Positions 12,968 through 24,736 are shown, numbered from the whole stretch's first letter. The stretch: DNA of 63,426 nucleotides, filler included, from Octopus bimaculoides (GCF_001194135.2; 7 parts of 6 records of this genome joined end to end with filler, not necessarily neighbours in it); one strand, 5' to 3'. The notes: generated from the sequence alone by a model not told the origin. Program-made: numbers and translations.

Positions 12968-13215
12968 TGGAGTAAAGATTGTTTGATAACATAACATGGC
13001 AGTCCTGGTTTAGGACATATGTTGTTGTAATTTAGTCCCAGGAGACATCGTCTCCAGCTGGCTGTATGACACGATCTGTCTCCTTATATTTTCAAACAAG
13101 GGAATCTAGCACCCCCACTCTCCAGCTGGAGACGATGTTTCCTGGGGCTGAATTACAGCAACATTCGTCCTAAACCAGGACTGCCATGTTATGTTGGCAA
13201 ACAATCTTTACTCCA
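12968..13215. mobile_element. MITE-like foldback element with 94-bp inverted arms, in a BTBD intron
   Basis: 12968-13061 is the near-perfect reverse complement of 13122-13215. Spacer is 60 bp; flanks are cAGTAA / aAGTAA. Confidence 0.8.
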
Positions 13216-13360
13216 AAGTAATTTTGCTGAATATCTCTCGTTGTGAGATTTACAAATGGTAATTTTCTAATTTCTAAAATAGTTATCATCTTAATGTAAA
13301 GAATTCTTTATTTATGTCTTTATTTTACTAAATTTCTTCAAACCAATATGGGGTTTAAAG

Positions 13361-13552
13361 CAGTGGTTCTCAACCACAGCTCTCAGGGCCGCATGCGGAC
13401 CTCATGCATCCTACTGGCTGCCCTGACAGTCTTCTCTCTATAAATATAATAATCATTTTTCTTTGACTTGTATTTTACCTTTTTCTGTACAGCCCCCTAA
13501 AAACAATCCAGGTTATGGATTGGACTGATGTTAAAAAGGCTGAGAACCACTT
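13361..13552. mobile_element. hAT (Charlie-like) MITE
   Basis: Ends CAGTGGTTCTCAACC and GGCTGAGAACCACTT. 8-bp flanks GTTTAAAG / GTTTAGGG. Confidence 0.7.
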
Positions 13553-13821
13553 GTTTAGGGAGTCCATCCCCTGCTCCCACTTATTTAGGGAGTCCTACTG
13601 AGAAAAACCAGTTTTATTGTGTTGGTATTGCAGTAATCATCTTCATCTCTGGTTTAATTTGAATCGGGGCCAGGGGATGGATTAATGGTTATTAATCAGT
13701 GCCTTACAAAACACAAAAATTTAAACCTAAGTTTTTGAAGACTGTAACTTCTTTTATAAGACTTCACTTATTTGTATCTTTTAGTGATTATTTTTGTCTT
13801 TTTCTTTTTTCTTTTGTAAAG

Positions 13822-13968
13822 TTACTTCATGCCGACACAGGTAAAGTTCTGGGCCAAAATAATGGCACTTTCCATTGTGATGGATCTACCTCAACCTTCA
13901 GAGTCTTATTTAAGAAACCACTGGAAGTGTTACCAAATGTCAATTATACAGCATGCACCACTTTAAAA
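13822..13968 (+). CDS. BTBD1/2: BTBD1/2-like PHR domain, second visible exon
   Basis: Polypyrimidine tract plus AG at 13820-13821, donor GTaaga at 13969. 147 nt, phase 0/0. Encodes LLHADTGKVLGQNNGTFHCDGSTSTFRVLFKKPLEVLPNVNYTACTTLK (BTBD1: [40 protein letters not shown]). Confidence 0.95.
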
Positions 13969-14645
13969 GTAAGAAAAGCTTTCTTTTTCTCCTTTCTCAT
14001 AATTAAGCAGACACTAATGGGAGAATCCATTCTAGTAGAACAGGCCAATAGCTGGTTCCTGATATTCGTTTATTCTTTTTTCAGAACGACATTAGTGTCT
14101 AAATGCCCTTTTTCTTCACCCATAACAGTTTGACTCCCTATCTTGAAGCAAACAACGTATTTGAGAATGGTAATGTCGTTTTTGCTCCCAAAATCTGACG
14201 GGGAATTTAATAGTTGAGGGAAGCAGTAAAAATAGTCATGTTTACAGGAATTAAAGATATCTGTTTCATGGAAAATATTCTGAAGCAGTTAGGTCAAGTA
14301 TTGAGCTGTTGATTCTTTACAAAAAGGATTTATACTGGGTGGTCATCTGGATTTGTGGTTTTGAAAGTGACTCTAATTCTCAACAGAAATGCAAGGTTTT
14401 AATGTCACAAGACAGGCAAAGCTGTTCAGTCTAAATATTCCAATTAATGGAATATTTAGACTAATTATCAGCTGTGTATGCCTCCCATTTTGTCTTGCCG
14501 TCTGTGATTGAAAAGGAAGCAGTCTGCTGGAGATAAACCATTTCTGATGAAACCATTTTTGGAACCTTCTCTAATGTAATGGTCTGTCACTTCTGCTGGA
14601 ATGGATTCTGTTCTTTAAAATATATAATAGAGAAACAATTCTTAA

Positions 14646-14865
14646 CCTTTTGATATCAACCTGGTTGAAATCGGTTCTGGCTCTGTAGTACAAATGTCTT
14701 GTTTTCATATGTTTTGAATTAAAATCTTCCACCAAACATTAGTCACAATTTATGTTCCTAACACTAGCTTAATGATAACTAAGTTATTTTACTAAATTCT
14801 TTGTTATATTTAAAGTAATTGAAAGAAACACAGAGCATCCCAACAGAAATATGGTAACAAAAGGG
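14646..14865. mobile_element. piggyBac-type MITE
   Basis: TTAA at 14642-14645 and 14866-14869. Ends CCTTTTGATATC / GTAACAAAAGGG. Confidence 0.75.
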
Positions 14866-14949
14866 TTAAAGATCTTTCCTTATATCATTTGCTGACCTTC
14901 ATTCCCATTAACTACAGTTTTGTAAATCTGACTCTTATCTAAGCCTGAC

Positions 14950-15650
14950 AGATCTTCAGTACCAGCTACATTTGAACTTAAATATTCTTGTACGTATTAC
15001 TTCTTTTGAAGCCAGGAATTCCTCTGTGAAGTGTAATCTTCCTCATTCCTCATGATCTACTCTTCTCATGCTAATTTTGCCAAGCTGGCGTTAGTCTGCA
15101 TATTACCATTCCACTTGGTCTTTCATCATCTTAACCAGAGTGGGCAGCTTTGGTCTTAAACATCTTATCCCTTTCCTAATCTCCATCTGTGTTTTGCCCT
15201 CTGCTAACAGTACTCCTTAATCTTTCATCCATTTACATTCAGTGTACATTCTAATTGCATGTATCTTTTAAAACCCAGCTATTTTCTCATTTGTGTTCTT
15301 CTTTACATTCAGGCCAGACTCATCTAATCTCTCTCCATCCTCCCCACGTCTTAAAATCAGTGCAATATCGCACTTTCTTTTATCATACCGTTTGCCTCTA
15401 CCTAGAGAGAAATCTCTTATTACCAAGTGTGAACTTTTACCATTCTTCCATCAACGAATAGTCATTAAATCCTATTGCTGTTCATGTGCAGTGGTCCTGT
15501 ACATGTATTACACTTGACGTTTCTGTTCTGCAAGTCTGTCAGAGATGCCACTGGCTCTTATGTAGTGTATTCATTAGTTGCACTCAGTAAATCCAGGTTT
15601 CTATATATTTCCTGTCTCCATATCAAGCGAAGCCATCTCTTGGATGGCAT
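14950..15650 (-). mobile_element. Decayed LINE (RTE-X/L2-like) RT C-terminal fragment in a BTBD intron
   Basis: Remnant translation (DFSLGRGKRYD..; GIRCL..) resembling LINE thumb and post-RT motifs. Many stops. Confidence 0.4.
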
Positions 15651-15692
15651 TGGAGTATTGTTCACTTTGATCTTTGCCATGCTAGTTTAACC

Positions 15693-16038
15693 CAGTGGTT
15701 CATAACTGGGGTCCATTTGGCCCCTGACAGTCCATATAAGATTTTGGGGGTCAATGCAATAAAATATGGTAAATCAGGTATCCACAATTGTATTTTAAGG
15801 GCCCCTGGAAAAAAATTTTCTTTAGATGTATGTATTGCAAGAAACAGCTGGATTTCTTTCTCTAACATTTTACATTGTTCAACCTACACAAGTTGATGTG
15901 TGAAAAAGAAAATAGGAATTTTGAAAAAAAATTTTCTATAAACTTAGTTTTTAAACTTCAAATGGCTATGGGGTCCACCAGAATAAAATAGTAATCAAAG
16001 GGGTCTATGGATTAAAAAAAATGGTTGCGAACATATAG
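15693..16038. mobile_element. hAT-like MITE, decayed
   Basis: CAGTGGTTCATAACTGGGGTCC ... GGTTGCGAACATATAG. Confidence 0.55.
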
Positions 16039-16872
16039 TCTCTTTGTTTTAAGGTTTGAACTCTTCAGTAGATTCTGCTGGGATTAATAACTGAGAGAGT
16101 AAAGCCCTTATACGCTTTCTATTCATTCAATCCACACTGAACACTTTCCTTGCAAACGGTGCTTGTGTACTTGGTTCAGCCAGTTTTCTCAGGCCACTCA
16201 CCTGCTGTTAGGTCATCAGACTACAAAACGGGACCCTATCAAGCGGCTTCTCTAGAGTAACAAACAAGAAAGGCTTCTTCTCTAAAATACTTTGCTTTCA
16301 GTTGTTTCATTTAGAAAGATGAGATTCGTTTTGAGTTCCAGTGTTTCCCTGCGATTTAATTAATTTTCAGATGAAGGAATAGAAAGTTATACATTATGTA
16401 AAAGCAGACCTGATGTGTAGTTTAATTGCAATCCTGGTTCTGTCTGCGAGTTTTCTTTGAAATGAATAGTTTACACACTACTGCTGTAATATCAACAGAT
16501 ACACTCATCACAATAAAATTCTTAGATTCTCTTTTTCTTTCATTGTTTTTTAATTATTTATATTGGATTATGAATTTGTGAAGATTAACAAAATGTATAT
16601 ACACACCTAAACTCTTGGATGTTCTAACAAAACTTATAAAACCATTTTTATAATTACAGATTTGTACATGTATCTAAGTGTTACTCTACAAACTATATTT
16701 GCTCTCCAAATTTCACTTGATTTTATAAGATAACTAACTTTACATTCCTACTTGAAATCTAGAATTATGTAATAAATCTCTGAAATTCTTCTAATATTTT
16801 ATTACCTGTAAAAAAACATTTTTTGTTTAAAAAAAAAAAAAAGAAACTTTTTTTTTTTTTGTCTTTTAATAG

Positions 16873-17004
16873 GGTCCTGATTCTTATTATGGCTCCCGAG
16901 GTCTGCGCCGAGTAACTCATGAGACTGTTTCAAGTGGCAAAGTTACTTTTCAGTTCACCTATGCAACTGGCAATAACAATGGCACATCTATAGAAGACGG
17001 TCAG
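16873..17004 (+). CDS. BTBD1/2: BTBD1/2-like terminal coding exon, truncated by a 10-N gap
   Basis: T-rich tract plus AG at 16871-16872. Encodes [44 protein letters not shown] (BTBD1: GPDSHYGTKGLKKVVHE...[20 protein letters not shown]). The last codons and stop are not visible. Confidence 0.93.
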
Positions 17005-19282
17005 NNNNNNNNNNCAACTGCCCAATTCCTATTCTTCTGATTTCTTTGGAATCAAAATCCAATTTGCTGCTGCTGTCCCTTTTGTATGAACCAACCGTTT
17101 CCTGTTCCCAGATGAATATAAACTTTCATCTTTGGAGGACAGCTTCAAAGTATTATCTTGTCTATTGAGCACATCACTCATTTACTCAATCCTGAACCAG
17201 TATTAATTTGTGAGGATAAAGAACAACAATATCTTGCGAATACTGAAGAAATCTCCTCTCATCCCAGCCTCTATATCTTTTTGATACATTTTAATCCAAA
17301 TCCCTGTAACTCTCACAACTAGGTACCAGCACGACAATTAGTGTTCACATTAAAATAGACAATCAGTGCCCAGACTCTGCCATGGACCCTTTATAAAGTG
17401 CCTGCATTCATTAGATCTGTTTCCCTAAGCCTGACATTTTCTTGCTGCCATTCCCCCCTAATGTAAGTTGAAATTTTAGAACTTGCAGTTGCATGTCTGG
17501 TTATTAAATTCCTTGTTGGGATTTTGAGATAACTTGAGTGTTAAATCAAATGAAGTCATAAAATAGAAATATTTTCAAAAGATTTTCCTTAAACATATAT
17601 ATATATACATATATATATATATACACACTCACATACATAGCAAATGAGTGTGTATNNNNNNNNNNNNNNNNNNNNNNNNNNNNNNNNNNNNNNNNNNNNN
17701 NNNNNNNNNNNNNNNNNNNNNNNNNNNNNNNNNNNNNNNNNNNNNNNNNNNNNNNATCTCAGATTTACAGTTGAGTGGAAGAAAAATATGAAAGTTTGTT
17801 GTGGGTGAAAGATGTTTTATGAAGAGTGGAATATCACCAAAAGTGTTTGTTACTAATGTTATTGTTATTTATTCTACAAATGGAATAATAGAGTAAAAGA
17901 TGTTTTAAGCCTTAAGGAACAATTAGCTGAAGCTCTTTAGGATACATATTCCAAAGTTGTGCTTAGCTATTTCTGCTGAAGGCCTACCTTTGCCTTTGTC
18001 TCTAGATCAACAAAATAAACAAAATACTGGGAATAAATTACAGAAAATTGTAAAAAAAAAGAAAATTAAGTGCCCCTCTCCTGGTCTTGTTTTTTTTCCC
18101 TCCCCCGCACTTTTTCTTCTTCTCTCCCTGTTAAATATATTCAAATTTAATGGATTCACTAGTGTCCTTGATGAAGATACCGTCCCTAATCTTGTAAGCA
18201 ACCTTACTTGAAATTTAACATTTTTCTGGTAGTCTTTCAGAATATATAAAAAAAAAAGTTTTTGAAATGTTCAAATTAAAATTTTCTAGCCTCTAGGCTG
18301 ATTTGAAGAGATTGGCATTTAAAAAAAATGAAAGACTTTTTTTTTTCTTTCCTGCCAATGTAATCTATTCACAGTTCGTCTATTGTATACAGATGTACAA
18401 CCCTTTGACAGTTTTATCAATATTTTATTTCACTTCTTAACCTTGATCTGCTTCTAACTTTTTTTTTTGACTCCTGTATATTTGATCTGCTGATCACAGA
18501 TATTCTCCATTATTAAGAGATACAAACTCCTGCATGAACCTTGTAATCAGTATTATACTTAGGGTAAACCTGCAATACCTGGTTTTCTGTGACATCTCTA
18601 CTACAGACATTTATTTTATGCACCAAAAAAAAAAAAAAGTCATCGATTCCAATTATTTATTTTTCTTTCATGATAAGTTGTACCATAACTTTAAAGAAAA
18701 CCAAAACCTCTCCTGAAATATCGGAGAGCCATACTGCCTGGTGGTTTGTCTCTATGTTCTGTTAGTAAAAGTCCTGAAATCCATATGGGCAGGGAGGGTG
18801 TCTTCAGGAAGGCAGTCTACCATTCGATGTATACAACAGTATTAAATGTTGCTGTATGAATTTTGTATAATGTAAACACTGCTGATTATTATTATTATTA
18901 TTTTCTTTTTTTTGGGTGTCTGTGTGGAAGGGCAAGTGTTTTGCCTGTGTTTCATCCATTTATTTGCTTTCCCTAACTGCAACCATTTCTCTTCCATTGT
19001 ACTTTCCGTTTCCTTCAAACGGAAACTTAGGTAACACTCATTTAAATGCCATTCATTCTGTATTTTCCTTTGCATGTTCATCAACTTAGGTCAGCAGTAA
19101 TCTCTTTGTTATAGATTTGGCAACTTTTTATGACTTAATTTTTGTTGTCTGTGTCTCTCCTCAGTTCAGTGGGAAACATTTAAAATTATTTAATAAATTT
19201 TTAAAAATGCAATTTGTTTTGTTAGTTCATTATTTACAGTATTTACATTTGACGGATATTTATCCTCATCTTGTTTGTTGTT

Positions 19283-19328
19283 AACACAACGTTTCGGCTG
19301 ATATACCCTCCAGCCTTCATCAGGTGTC
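19283..19328 (-). ncRNA. Minimal type I hammerhead ribozyme motif with intact core
   Basis: Minus strand: GACAC-CUGAUGA-A-GGCUG[GAGGGUAUAU]CAGCC-GAAA-CG-U-U-GUGUU. Stems I and II pair; stem III is the palindrome (A)ACGU(U). Confidence 0.8.
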
Positions 19329-19860
19329 CAAATTTAATTCCAATCCCACTCTGGTATTCATTTTTAGAAAGGAGTTAAAATAAGTGAAGGAAATGTATTT
19401 ACTTTGAAAGAATGAAAAGTAACATTGACCCTGTCTCAGTTTGATCTCAGAACACAAAGAACTGAAACTGTTCCTACTAATCAATCTAACACTGCCAATT
19501 GGTGGAGGGCATGGCTGTGTGCTAAAGAAGATTACTTGCCAACCTGTGGATTTAGGTTCTGTCTGCTACCTTAGGTAACAGTTTTTTATTATTATAGCCC
19601 TGGGCCAAGCAAAGCCTTGTGAGTGGATTCTTTTGTTGGCTTGCATTCTGATAATGCTTTAACTTTGATACCAACCTGGCTGAAACTGTCAAAGTAATCG
19701 ACTGACCATTTCTCCTACAATTGCTGGCCCTGTGCCAAAATTTAAAATAACTAAAAGTTCAGCAGTAAGCACATCCCATTAGGAATGCTTTTGGAAGAAA
19801 GAATCTTTAATGCATTTCTTTAATTTGTTCATTATTTGTAATGAAAATAAAAATGAAAAA

Positions 19861-20078
19861 TATGGTGTAGTGGTTAAGAGTGCGGGCTACCAGTCCCAAG
19901 ATTCTGAGTTCAATTTCAGGCAGTGACCTAAATAATAATAATATCGAAAACTACCTTAGGAATGAGAACCCAGGTTCAAAACTTCCCCAAAACACCTGAA
20001 GAAGGCTGGAGGGTATAACAGCCAAAACATTGTGTTAACAAACGACGAAGGACAAATATCCGTCAAATGTAAATAATG
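19861..20078 (+). mobile_element. tRNA-headed SINE-like element carrying a hammerhead (decayed copy)
   Basis: tRNA-like head TATGGTGTAGTGGTTAAGAG..GAGTTCAATTTC, then (AAT)n. Hammerhead at 19991-20036 has GAAA changed to AAAA. The tail TCCGTCAAATGTAAAT is shared with the 19240-19330 and 59224-59430 copies. Confidence 0.75.
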
Positions 20079-20588
20079 AATATCTGCTGATGATATCAAA
20101 AGTTTTTCCAACATTGCAATGGATTTAGAAGGAAGCTTGCAAAACTTCTGATTAGCTGCTGCACTTCCTGCATGGGACAAAGCATCTCCATTATTGATTT
20201 AATTTTATCAGATAAGTTTTTGCTATGGTTGTATTCTAAGAAACCAACCCACTCGACTCAGTACAGGAAAATTGACAATTCTGTGCATCCCAAGAATGAC
20301 TCTTTACTGCTACATGAACATGTGTGTATAGAACCTCATTGACAATTCATTTCACTGCATTCGCGTTATTTACTGCTTTCATGCAGCAACATGTTTTTTC
20401 ATCATGTATAAAACCTGTTAACATTTGTTCGCTAAGTTGTCCAACACCCTGTCGGCTGGTTGTGTATTATTGAATCATTTTCTAAAGTGTATTTCCAATA
20501 TCTTTACAAGTTCTCATTAAAATAGATAGAAACTTCATACTTTATGAACACACAGCATGTCATGTATATATGTGTCAGCATATGTGTC

Positions 20589-20589
<1 letters not shown>

Positions 20590-20619
<30 letters not shown>

Positions 20620-20815
20620 TTAGTGTCTGTTTTCCTTGCTGGCATGAGTTGGACAGTTCGACATAAGCTGCATGTCTGTTTTGACATGGTTTCTACAGCT
20701 GAATGCCCTTCCTAATGCCCACCACTTTACAGAGTGAACTGAGTGCTCCTACGCAGCACCAGCATCGGTGCCTTTACGTGGCACCAGCACAGATGCTTTT
20801 CACGTGGCACCATCC
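20590..20815 (-). mobile_element. Repeat with a Meta/MESC-like motif (GGCRTTAGGAAGGGCATYCAGC) and (ATG)n tail; SINE or LINE 3' end
   Basis: Other copies at about 12572-12745 (-), 55408-55556 (-), 59865-60048 (+) and 60092-60150 (-). Confidence 0.6.
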
Positions 20816-20955
20816 CAGGTGAAAAGAAAAACGCAGAAAAGAAGGAAAAAGAGCATGAAGAGACAGGAAATAGGAAGGTAAAGAGAAAGAAGACAAAAAG
20901 TAGTTGAAAATGGTAGGGAGAAGAGATTAGTCTATCAGGAATAAAGAAATGGAAT

Positions 20956-22990
20956 ATTTTTAGGAGTGGTCAAAAATGTTCGGATTTTATAATAAGATAT
21001 ACTGACAGATTTTAGGACCACTCCTAAAATGTATTTTAGGAGTGGTCGAAAAATCTTCAGATTTTATAAGATATACTGACAGATAAAGGGCACAGCTATG
21101 GGTACGAAATCTGCACCTTGATATGCCAACCTAGTCATGGGTTACCTCGAAGGTAAACTTTATGAGGAAGTTGGAAAAATCTTTGATCACAACTTCAAGG
21201 AAAACATCGTGAAAAAGTGGAAACGCTACCCCAATGACTGGTTTATTTGGGGGGATAGAGCAAAAGAAGACCTACGAACATTTCACAACATCCTCAACAC
21301 ACTGCACCCGTCTATCAAATTCACAACAGCGACCAGCTACAATGAACTACTGTTCCTAGACATTCACATCAAAATACATAACTCTATTGTTTCATAGACA
21401 TATTTTACAAAAAAAAAAAGGAACTACATCAATGTTTAATTTTCTATTCTTGCCACTGCTCACACATCAAAAGGAACATCCCATACAGTATGGTAAGACG
21501 ATCTGCACCATAATAATTGACCCACAAATACGCCAAATTAGACTTGATGAACTCAAAAACTTCCTACAAGAATAAAATTACCCAATGAAACTAATAAATA
21601 ATGGAATCTCAACAGCGATGAAATTAGACACCACACAACTAAGAACTCCAAAAGGAAAAAGCAAGGAACATACAATTCCATTTATTAATACACACAACCC
21701 TGGAGTAACAAACATTTTCCGCGTCATACAATCAAACCTGCCAATACTCTTACAGAGCCCCAAAATTTGATAGATAAAAGCTACCTACGAAATAGTAAAC
21801 ACCAGGAAAAGAAAAACCTTAAAAACAACTCAAGGGCAAAATTCACATCAGAGAATGGTACAGAATTCTCCGTAAAGAAATGTGGAGGCAGAAGATGAGG
21901 AATATGCAACAACAACAATAACTACAAATATACAGACAGGGACACCCACACAATTTAAGAGTGGGTTCTTATTCAACGTAGAAGCAAATATGAACTGCAA
22001 GATACAAAAGGCTCATATAATGCATTACTTGCTCCAAATGCAGGGAGAATTATATTGGTGAAATCAACAATTCCCTTTGCCGATGCGCTAGAATCCACAA
22101 ACAACACATTCGACAATAGGAAGCATGGAAAATTCCACTGAGCAAACATTTGGAAATATGCTTTAAATTCTATAATTGCTCAAAGTATGACCAAACTTCC
22201 GAAAGACAATGGAACTATATTTCATAAAGGAGTTCTCACCGAAATTAAACGGTTGAAAAAAGGGAAGAGAAAACATTTGGAAATATATGAAGGAAAATCC
22301 AAAGAACAACCGAAAGTTCCAAAAGGCAAGAGGACTATATTTCATAAAAATGTCCTCAGCAGAAATTAAACGGTTGAAAAACTACGTCAATATAACTATA
22401 CTTACTTAAAAAATTACTCTTTCAAAAACATAACCATACATGGCTAAATCAAAACCAACATCTGGAATTTTAATCAAAAGAAGTTGACCACATCCATACA
22501 ACCATTCTCTCTCTCTCTTACATTAATGAATACAAAAGAATTAGAAAACAAGACCTTGAAATGTAATTATAATTCTTACTGGAGAAAATCAAAAACAACA
22601 TCTGGTTTTCCAATTAAAAACTTTGACCACTTGAATACAAGAATTCCTTTTCCTCTCCATCCAAATGGTCACTAAATGGGAAAAAAAACAACGATCAAAC
22701 AAGTCTGACCACACTGATATAAAAGCCACGCCTCCTTTACTTCTCCCTCCCTCTCAAACTTTTTTCTTCTTTCTTTTCCCTTCGTTTGCAAACGCCCCAA
22801 ACACTCCTACTTTTCTCTTCTCTATCTTCACTATCTCCCACTCTCTCCTCCTCTCTCACCCCTGCACCTTCCTTTCTAATTTGCTCCCCCCCTCTTTCTC
22901 CCTCCCTTTCTAAATCATCAGTTTCAATTTTATATAAAAAGGTGAAGCAAACTGACTGTAAACCACTTTTTTCATAAATCCGTTAACGGA
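20956..22990 (+). mobile_element. Penelope-like retroelement (RT + GIY-YIG), 5'-truncated and decayed
   Basis: RT motifs QIKGTAMGT..AP*YANL.MG, WKRYPND (YxDD position), LHPSIKFT and LFLDI. GIY-YIG region ..CITCSKCRENYIGE near 22020-22070. Many stops and frameshifts. Confidence 0.85.
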
Positions 22991-23341
22991 AGAAAGCGCT
23001 AAAGAAATGTAAATAAAAATATATATAATCATCGAACATATCTTGTTATTCCCAATATATACATATCTATATATATCTATACATATATATGTACAAACTT
23101 TGGTAAATAAATTATTTTCCATTAAACATAACGAGTCTGGGAACCTTTTGATACCACCTCATATATATCCCCACTATTTAGGGAAGGAAGTAGATAAACT
23201 CCAAGCTACGTATATCTCAAAGCTAGCGGAACCTCAGAAGTAGTAAAGGTAAATTATTAAAATATACACACACACATACATACATACATATGTGTGTGTG
23301 TGTGTGTGTAATATAATACGTGACAATTATTTGGTTGTCAT

Positions 23342-23402
23342 AATGAAACTCCGAGTTTCGGATGTCGGGGCGGAAATCTGCTCCGGCATCTCGTCAGTTA
23401 TT
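23342..23402 (-). ncRNA. Type I hammerhead ribozyme motif, inverted copy of 24128-24188
   Basis: Minus strand: AAUAA-CUGACGA-GAUG(C)CGGAGC..GCCCCG(A)CAUC-C-GAAA-CUCGGAG-U-U-UCAUU. One mismatch in stem I. Confidence 0.65.
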
Positions 23403-23564
23403 AAGACAATAAAAAAAATGCCATGAAAATGACCGTTAAACAAAGGGAAATTACTATGTAAATGGTTGTTATTAAGACAAATAAAAGAGCTATTAGAATG
23501 ACTTATATAAAGGGAAAAAACCTGAAGAGGAGAAAGTAAAAAAGTAAAAACGCTCATAGAATTC

Positions 23565-23990
23565 GCATATGCGCGCATGTACATACGTACACATGCACGC
23601 ACGCACACTCACGTACATGTGCCTATGTGCATATGCTCACACACACTCGCGTGAAACACATACATGCACACCTACACACGCCTATATGTGCACATATATA
23701 TGCAACCATACACATGTACGCATATACATATCCGTGCACACGCCCACGCCCACACGCGCACATACCCATACGAGCACAATTATATTCATACACGTCTATA
23801 ATACGCACATGCTATATATGCATGTGCTCACACACACTCGCGTGAAACGCATGCATGTACACCCACATATATATATATATACGACCATACACATGTACAC
23901 AATTACACACACGCACACACATACACGTATATATACCCATACGCGCACGAAAATGTTCATATACACGTCTATATACGAATATGCACAAGA
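23565..23990. repeat. Cryptic alternating purine-pyrimidine tract with two about 190-bp units
   Basis: GCTCACACACACTCGCGTGAAAC at about 23635 and 23827; CACGTCTATA..TACG at about 23790 and 23964. Confidence 0.75.
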
Positions 23991-24127
23991 AAAATGCAGG
24001 GTGAAAGGTGAAACACAGAAAAAATATGTAAAAATATATATATAATAAAAATATGTAATATATAATAAAAATATATATAAAAAATATGTAAAAAATATAT
24101 ATAATATATATATTTTTTGATTGTCTT

Positions 24128-24188
24128 AATAACTGACGAAATGCCGGAGCAGATTTCCGCTCCGACATCCGAAACTCGGAGTTTTATT
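24128..24188 (+). ncRNA. Type I hammerhead ribozyme motif with long stem II
   Basis: AAUAA-CUGACGA-A-AUG(C)CGGAGC[AGAUUUCC]GCUCCG(A)CAU-CC-GAAA-CUC-G-GAG-U-U-UUAUU. Stem I is perfect; stem III is the quasi-palindrome ACUC-G-GAGU. Confidence 0.7.
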
Positions 24189-24288
24189 ATGGCAACCGAA
24201 TAATTGTCACATATTATATAACAGATAAATTCTATTTACATAATATCGAGGTTTCATTCATTCTTTTGTTGTCATACCATTACTATTA

Positions 24289-24330
<42 letters not shown>

Positions 24331-24736
24331 NNNNNNNNNNNNNNNNNNNNNNNNNNNNNNNNNNNNNNNNNNNNNNNNNNNNNNNNNNNNNNNNNNNNNN
24401 NNNNNNNNNNNNNNNNNNNNNNNNNNNNNNNNNNNNNNNNNNNNNNNNNNNNNNNNNNNNNNNNNNNNNNNNNNNNNNNNNNNNNNNNNNNNNNNNNNNN
24501 NNNNNNNNNNNNNNNNNNNNNNNNNNNNNNNNNNNNNNNNNNNNNNNNNNNNNNNNNNNNNNNNNNNNNNNNNNNNNNNNNNNNNNNNNNNNNNNNNNNN
24601 NNNNNNNNNNNNNNNNNNNNNNNNNNNNNNNNNNNNNNNNNNNNNNNNNNNNNNNNNNNNNNNNNNNNNNNNNNNNNNNNNNNNNNNNNNNNNNNNNNNN
24701 NNNNNNNNNNNNNNNNNNNNNNNNNNNNNNNNNNNN

